IMG/VR virus record: IMGVR_UViG_3300034279_000829
DNA: 64,000 nt
Source: an uncultured virus (IMG/VR IMGVR_UViG_3300034279_000829)
Taxonomy: Duplodnaviria > Heunggongvirae > Uroviricota > Caudoviricetes
Strand: one strand, 5' to 3'
Shown here in pieces: positions 58,702 through 64,000 of this stretch. Positions within the stretch are counted from its first letter, which is position 1, and every line of letters begins with the position of its first letter. The notes under the pieces were generated by a model that saw only the letters and a list, made by a program, of their open reading frames with translations, made no database searches and had not been told where the DNA came from. The translations under genes and the position numbers were made by a program.

Positions 58702-59310
58702 TCACCCCACATTCCGATTAGCTTTGCTTGGAGTCTTGCGACCTCGGCCTCTAGCTGACGGATCCGATTTATCAATTGTTTCACTGTCTCCGCCTCCTTG
58801 GGTGAAGAGTCCTGTGTCACCGGCGACCATCTCCAAAAGTGTGTGTGGGTACAGAAGTGTGACGAGTTCGTCCGCGGAGCGCAAATGACTTTTTGGGGCG
58901 ACGAGGGTGGGCACCTCATGCCCTCGCCCGCGATCAAAGACAACCTGCTCAACCCATGTCTCGTCCCGGTCCAGTGCGGAGAGCCACACCCACTTTCCAG
59001 TTGGCTTGCTCTTGTAGACATAGGCAAAGTGCCGCAGGGTTTCTCTGGACAGGCCGTGCATGTCATCAACGAACACCGTGTCGTAGGGGTAGTCCTCTGG
59101 GCAGGTGAACGAGATGCTCCGCTCCTTGATCTCCAGGCTCAGCAGCACCACGGCGTCGGGCGTTTCGCAGTGATCACGGTTCTTGTTGTGCCCCTTGATC
59201 ACCAGCTTGCGCCCGTGCGCCGCCGACCGGCCGGCGGAACGCAGGTCATCGACCCACGCCCGCTCGGCCTTGTGGCCATTAGTCAACGCCGACTTGAACG
59301 AACGATGCAT
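58702..59310 (-). CDS. PD-(D/E)XK nuclease-like protein
   Basis: G..AE, TPD...LEIK. Confidence 0.6.
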   Translation of the reverse strand: MHRSFKSALTNGHKAERAWVDDLRSAGRSAAHGRKLVIKGHNKNRDHCETPDAVVLLSLEIKERSISFTCPEDYPYDTVFVDDMHGLSRETLRHFAYVYKSKPTGKWVWLSALDRDETWVEQVVFDRGRGHEVPTLVAPKSHLRSADELVTLLYPHTLLEMVAGDTGLFTQGGGDSETIDKSDPSARGRGRKTPSKANRNVG

Positions 59311-59877
59311 TGCGACTCCTCCATGAGTAAGCCCGAATCCCAGACGAGAGTTGCCGCGTCCTGCCGTGCGTCACACGCACCTCCAAGGCCCGGCGGTACA
59401 GTTCTTCAGGCGGCGGGTCGGAGGGCTGCAGGCCCTCGTCCAGCCACTCCAGCTGCGCCGGGATGGGTTCCCGCTCCCGCAGCAGGTCGGCGTAACGACG
59501 GACGAACGCGGACCAGTCGGCGTCCTTGCCGAAGATTTCCCCGATGTCCGCGTCGTTCAGCCCGTAGTCCAGCTGGCAGATAACGGCCAGCCGCTCCGCG
59601 CTTGGCACGCGGCCGACCTTCTTCAGGATGCGGACCACACCGGAACACACGCTGTGGTCGAACCCCAGGTCAGCGGCCACCCGCTTCGTCGTTTCCTGGT
59701 TGACGATCACTCGGTGCCAGAACGTGCCGGCGAAAGCCAATGGGTGCTGTAAAGAAACGCCACACCCGCCGCCAAAACCCAACTTTCGGTTGCTCATCTT
59801 TTCCTCCGTGTGTGAATGCATGCTCCGGTGGGAATGCATGCGGAACATCGAACCTCCAAAGAATCTCCGACACCGTG

Positions 59878-60936
59878 TCATCGACTAACAAATCGGTCTT
59901 CTCGTCCATGTCTCCTCCCCAGTTCCTTCCTGAACATAGCCTTGATCCAGCCGTTCAGTTTCTCGTTGTAAGCCGCCCAGTGAACGTAGTGGTCAGGCAG
60001 TTCGCTCAGCTTGTAGCCGGCGAACTTTCCCTTCAGCGGGTTGTTGTAAGTGCCGACTGAGCGCGTGCCCTTCCAAGTGATGTCAACATCCTTACCGTGG
60101 ATGCGACCTTCGCCACGGCCCTGCGTGTTGCGGCGCATCTCTTCGATGAGCTTGGCGCTGGCGATCTTCTCCGCCTTCTTCGCCGCCTCCTCGGCCGCGA
60201 GCGCGTCTATCTCCGCCTGCGTGAGTGGATGCTGCTCCGCCGCCTTGCGGACTTTCTCTTTGACTTCCTCGTCCTGCGCGGTGCAGAACATGTCCACGCT
60301 AGTGACAACCGTGTGATCAAGCGTTCCTGCTGTGCAGTCCACAATCTTGAAGTGAGGCTTTCCAGATCGGGCGATTGCAGCAATGCGGGATGCAGCCGTA
60401 CTCCCCTCAAAGTCAACAACACCGGGGAGGGGGCGAGTGGCTCGGCCGACACACTGAAGCCAGAAACTTCTGGAGCGGGTGGGCCTTGCGAGGATGAGGG
60501 TTGCGGTCGGTGGATAATCGAAGCCCACGGCAACCACTTGGCAGTTGACCAGAACGCGGGCCTGCTTGGATTTGAACGCAGCCAGTGCATCATTCCTCTC
60601 CTCGTCGGGCATGGTGCCCCACACACAGACAGCAGGGATTCCGTAGTTGCGGTTGAGGTATTCGGTCGCGCCCTTGGCGGCGAACACACTGGCGGTAAAG
60701 AGGACGGTCTGCCCCTCCATCTCCTCGGCGGTGATCATGCAGGCGCGGTGCAGATTCGCCTCCTTGTTCAACTCCGCCTGGAGCTTCGCTTGGTGGAAGT
60801 CGCCGCCCACAATGTTCACCTTTGAGAGGTCCAGAGACTCAACCTTGCTCAGCTTGCAGAGAGGCGGAACGGACCATCCGTGTGCGATTGCCCACTGCAG
60901 GTCGTAGTTGCAGACTGACTGTTCGTAGAATTGCAT
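59878..60936 (-). CDS. SF2 helicase C-terminal (RecA2) subunit, copy B
   Basis: TVLFT, VLVNC.V...GFD.P, LARPTRS, QCVGRATR. Confidence 0.9.
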   Translation of the reverse strand: MQFYEQSVCNYDLQWAIAHGWSVPPLCKLSKVESLDLSKVNIVGGDFHQAKLQAELNKEANLHRACMITAEEMEGQTVLFTASVFAAKGATEYLNRNYGIPAVCVWGTMPDEERNDALAAFKSKQARVLVNCQVVAVGFDYPPTATLILARPTRSRSFWLQCVGRATRPLPGVVDFEGSTAASRIAAIARSGKPHFKIVDCTAGTLDHTVVTSVDMFCTAQDEEVKEKVRKAAEQHPLTQAEIDALAAEEAAKKAEKIASAKLIEEMRRNTQGRGEGRIHGKDVDITWKGTRSVGTYNNPLKGKFAGYKLSELPDHYVHWAAYNEKLNGWIKAMFRKELGRRHGREDRFVSR

Positions 60937-61439
60937 GCTTCACTCCTAAGCATTGGCTTGCCGTCCATCCGAAACGGCGTTGCCGTGAAACCCACCACCA
61001 TCGCCCCTTGTTCCTGAAAGAACTTCAGCATCTCAATGACCGGCTCGCTGCACTGCAGATGCGCCTCGTCAACGATCACCAGCTGAAAGCCGTCGAACCT
61101 GCGGTAACGCTTCTCACCACGCCGGCTGGAGAGCAGCGTCTGCTTCGATGCGACGATCACCTTGGCGGGCCAGTAGTCGCGCTCGGCAACGAAGTCGGCC
61201 ATCTCAATGTCGGGATCGGTGTCGGTCGCCTGCCGCACCTTGTCCGCGGCCTGCCAGACAAGCTCACGCATCGGAGCGATGATCAGCGTCCTGCCTTCGA
61301 TGCGGTCGGCCAGCGTGGAGAAGATGACCGTCTTGCCGGCGCCGGTGAACAATCCCACCAGCGCAGACTTCACGCCGCGGCGCATCGCATCCAGCAGGCT
61401 TTCGATCACTTCCGTTTGGTAGTCGCGCAGTCTGAGCAT
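60849..61439 (-). CDS. SF2 DExH helicase N-terminal subunit, copy B
   Basis: LRDYQ, TGAGKT, DEAH, TAT. Confidence 0.9.
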   Translation of the reverse strand: MLRLRDYQTEVIESLLDAMRRGVKSALVGLFTGAGKTVIFSTLADRIEGRTLIIAPMRELVWQAADKVRQATDTDPDIEMADFVAERDYWPAKVIVASKQTLLSSRRGEKRYRRFDGFQLVIVDEAHLQCSEPVIEMLKFFQEQGAMVVGFTATPFRMDGKPMLRSEACNSTNSQSATTTCSGQSHTDGPFRLSAS

Positions 61440-61548
61440 GGAACACATCCTTGTGTAAGAAAGACCCGGGGGAGGGCCGGTCGGAGGTCCGGCCCTCAAC
61501 CCCGGGCAAGGCGCGCGTGTTAACCCGGGACACCGCGCGCCTGGAGGA

Positions 61549-61893
61549 TCAACGGAACTCCGAAGCGAACTCTTCCTCGTCGGCCGTCTCGCGCTTACCG
61601 CCCAGCAGGCGGATGTCGCTGACGTTCAGGATGACCTTGGATCGCTTCTGGCCATCCTTCTCCCAGACCTGCTGGTCCAGTTCGCCTTCGACCAGCACCG
61701 GCGTGCCACGCTGGAGGTACTCCACCACCGCGCCGCCCCGCCAGTATTCGCAGTCCATGAACAGAACCTTGCCCTTCTTAAAGGGCGAGTTCACCGCGAT
61801 GGAGAACTTCGCAACGTCACGCTCACCAGCCTGGCGAACCTCAACGTCGTTGGTCAGGTTGCCGATCAGAATCGAACGGTTGTAACTAGCCAT
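61549..61893 (-). CDS. ssb: Single-stranded DNA-binding protein, copy B
   Basis: GNLT.D, GTPVLVEGEL, acidic tail. Confidence 0.92.
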   Translation of the reverse strand: MASYNRSILIGNLTNDVEVRQAGERDVAKFSIAVNSPFKKGKVLFMDCEYWRGGAVVEYLQRGTPVLVEGELDQQVWEKDGQKRSKVILNVSDIRLLGGKRETADEEEFASEFR

Positions 61894-62545
61894 TTGCAAC
61901 TACCTCCTTGGTGTCCCACTTCTTGGAAAACTCCGCCTTGCAGCGGTCAAACACATCACGCCCAATCGCCTTCTCGCGGAGTCGCAACTCAACGAGCTTC
62001 ATCACCGTCACGGCCTCTGCCCGGTCGGCGGCATTGGCGATGTCCTTCTTCCAGCCCTGCTCAAGCTGCAGGTTCTGGACTGCCTTGGTCGGCTCGGGCC
62101 GGCTGGCCGGGCGATCCGGCACGCGGTTGTCCTCGCCATCGTCATCCGGCTCGCCACTGAAGCCGCCGCACAGCGCCATCAGCAGCGTCCGCTTGGCATA
62201 AGTGCAGGCGCTGCCGAACGACTGCATGTCGCCCTTCGTCATCAGCAACGGAGCGATGCCCGTGATGAACTCGCCGCTCTTGTGGCGAAGGGTGCCGACC
62301 ATGACCCACTGGCCATTCGCCAGCAGGCCGGGCCGAAAGTCCGGCAGGCTGATGCCGTTCTTGGTCAGCGGTCCACGCAGCGAATCGCAGCATGTCGCAT
62401 ATGACGAGAACCTGCTTTTGAAGTGCGGGTTCGCGGCATCCAATGCAACGTGCTGGTACGCGGCTTGGGCAGCTGCGAGGGCCGCAGTCAGCTGGCCCGT
62501 GCTGGGGGACGATGACGGCCCCAAGATGCTGTTGTTGTCTGTCAT
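61886..62545 (-). CDS. ERF-family annealing protein, copy B
   Basis: NPHFKSRF, GSACTYAKR, DDDG. Confidence 0.9.
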   Translation of the reverse strand: MTDNNSILGPSSSPSTGQLTAALAAAQAAYQHVALDAANPHFKSRFSSYATCCDSLRGPLTKNGISLPDFRPGLLANGQWVMVGTLRHKSGEFITGIAPLLMTKGDMQSFGSACTYAKRTLLMALCGGFSGEPDDDGEDNRVPDRPASRPEPTKAVQNLQLEQGWKKDIANAADRAEAVTVMKLVELRLREKAIGRDVFDRCKAEFSKKWDTKEVVANG

Positions 62546-63396
62546 ACGATCACCACCTCCTCCTCCTGGCGCTTCGCCCAGGCGGGGAACTGAAGCTCCG
62601 TGATCTCTCCAGAGTCAGCGGACTCATAGACCCCCGTCTCCCTGCGAAGACGAACCTCCTCCATCACGCGGGTCATTCGCAGACCCGCCTCCTCCACAAT
62701 CTCGGTCGGCAGATAGAACACATGGACACCGTACGGGGCCATGGTCTGGACAAAGACGAACGGCATCCGGAAGTGATCCATGCCCAGAGCCTTGGCGCCC
62801 TGCACATAGAGCCACTCCTGCTCCGCGTATCCGAAGTCAATCGCGCTGCGGTAGACCTTGTCCCACGTTGACGAGGTGGTCTTCAGATCCCACCACAGAG
62901 CCGGCGTGCAGCCGTCCGGTCGCACCTTGCAGCGGTGGCCGTTGAGTTCAAAGAACGCACTGACCTGCGTCTCGTTCGTCTGCTCAATCAGCGCCTTGGC
63001 CGCGGGGTTCTCAAGGAGATGGGTCAGCATCATCTCCAGCTGCCAGCCTTCCTCTTGGTTGCAATCGACCAGACCCTTGCGGTCGGCCTCTTCCTTCCAG
63101 GCGTCGTAGGCCTTGCCCCGGCGGGAGCCGTTGCTGGCCAGCACCTCGGCCGGCGGAATGGCCAGAACGTCAGTCAACTTTTTCCCCTCGCAGACGGCAG
63201 TGACGATGGTGTCGAACTTGCTGCCAGTGCGAGTGCCGGCGTTCCCCCCAAACAGGGAGTAGCCCATGTCCATCCACCGCTGAGCTTCGCCGCCGTACTT
63301 GGCGACGGAGTGCAGGTACGACCTGCCAAGGAAATCATTCTGCGAGTGGTAGTCGGCATTGCTCATGCCGATCACCTTGCATGGGAGCCTGTCCAT
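62542..63396 (-). CDS. PD-(D/E)XK exonuclease VIII-like protein, copy B
   Basis: CKVRPD...WWDLKT. Confidence 0.85.
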   Translation of the reverse strand: MDRLPCKVIGMSNADYHSQNDFLGRSYLHSVAKYGGEAQRWMDMGYSLFGGNAGTRTGSKFDTIVTAVCEGKKLTDVLAIPPAEVLASNGSRRGKAYDAWKEEADRKGLVDCNQEEGWQLEMMLTHLLENPAAKALIEQTNETQVSAFFELNGHRCKVRPDGCTPALWWDLKTTSSTWDKVYRSAIDFGYAEQEWLYVQGAKALGMDHFRMPFVFVQTMAPYGVHVFYLPTEIVEEAGLRMTRVMEEVRLRRETGVYESADSGEITELQFPAWAKRQEEEVVIV

Positions 63397-63400
63397 CAGT

Positions 63401-63637
63401 TCACCTCCGTTGTGAAGAAGCCGCCTCCGTGCGGCGCACCGAATCCCTCCAACGCCGGAACGCAACAAGCGCCCGGCCAAACTGTCCAAGAGCGAGGAAC
63501 ACCATGGCCGTGGCCGTGGCGTGAAAGAAAAGCAGCAAGACCAGAATGGTCATCGCCGCTGCGCCTAGAATTCGGGAGAGCCACCCGCTCGGGGGGCCGC
63601 TTCGACCGATCCTATCCAATTGAGCTAGGGGTGCCAT
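63401..63637 (-). CDS. Small membrane protein with tRNA-like 5' end, copy B
   Basis: MAPLAQLDRIGRSGPPSGWLSRIL plus hydrophobic segment. Confidence 0.6.
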   Translation of the reverse strand: MAPLAQLDRIGRSGPPSGWLSRILGAAAMTILVLLLFFHATATAMVFLALGQFGRALVAFRRWRDSVRRTEAASSQRR

Positions 63638-63730
63638 GTGGTTCGCCAGTATAGCAGGGGCCTTGATAGATCCAAAAGTGGGGGTAGTCTCACCCCCCTC
63701 AACCAGATCCACAGATTTTCCGAAAACAAC

Positions 63731-64000
63731 ATGACTCTCAGAGAGTTCGCGGAGGCTTACGCCCTCCGGGTAGGGGCTAGCCCAGGCTACAGGGAGCAAC
63801 TCGTTGTGCTGGCCAAGCGCCTCCCTTGGGGGGTGGCAGACTTGACCGTCGATAGCATCGATGCTTACCTGACGCAGGCCCTCGGTCATCTTGCCGCCTC
63901 CACGGTTCATAACCATCGCCGGATGCTCAGCACCCTGCGAAAGGCCGCCCTCCAAGACGGCCTGTTGGTGGACGATTGTACACGGCCTATCCGGCGTGTC
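63731..64000 (+). CDS. Tyrosine recombinase, copy B (truncated by window edge)
   Basis: MTLREFAEAYAL..., homologous to 3145..3960. Confidence 0.85.
   Translation, partial: MTLREFAEAYALRVGASPGYREQLVVLAKRLPWGVADLTVDSIDAYLTQALGHLAASTVHNHRRMLSTLRKAALQDGLLVDDCTRPIRRV

Larger units (their letters stand above)
60576..64000. repeat. Diverged direct-repeat copy B (homologous to 1-3414)
   Basis: Same gene order and alignable proteins as 1-3414. Confidence 0.95.

Noticed and set aside
54506..59909. Alternative genetic code as the cause of long gene overlaps
   Set aside because: TAA, TAG and TGA all end well-supported genes, and the core genes are intact under code 11.

Overview
The window is essentially one complete ~60.6-kb GC-rich tailed dsDNA phage genome with a short-tail (podo-like) architecture. 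The host is plausibly a planctomycete, an inference from gene style only. Minus strand 3957-40070 holds the virion module: internal/ejection proteins, tail tubular proteins, fibres, portal, TerL, a glycosyltransferase-methyltransferase fusion, capsid, scaffold and a kinase-containing cassette. A divergent control region at 40100-42070 has repeated promoter-like motifs and a highly structured non-coding segment. Plus strand 42073-50452 holds early genes (gp88-like protein, class II glutamine amidotransferase, amidoligase, many small ORFs, serine recombinase). Minus strand 50328-63637 holds a sigma factor, a membrane-protein cassette with papain-like and subtilisin-like proteases, nucleases, a split SF2 helicase, SSB, ERF and an exonuclease. 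The two ends (1-3414 and 60576-64000) are diverged homologues, not identical terminal repeats, which allows an internal comparison. The most notable items are a candidate ~450-nt structured RNA, a tRNA-like segment forming the start of a conserved membrane-protein ORF next to the integrase, a helicase split conserved in both copies, and a possible protease-based lysis module. All calls come from motif reading by eye; no searches were run.
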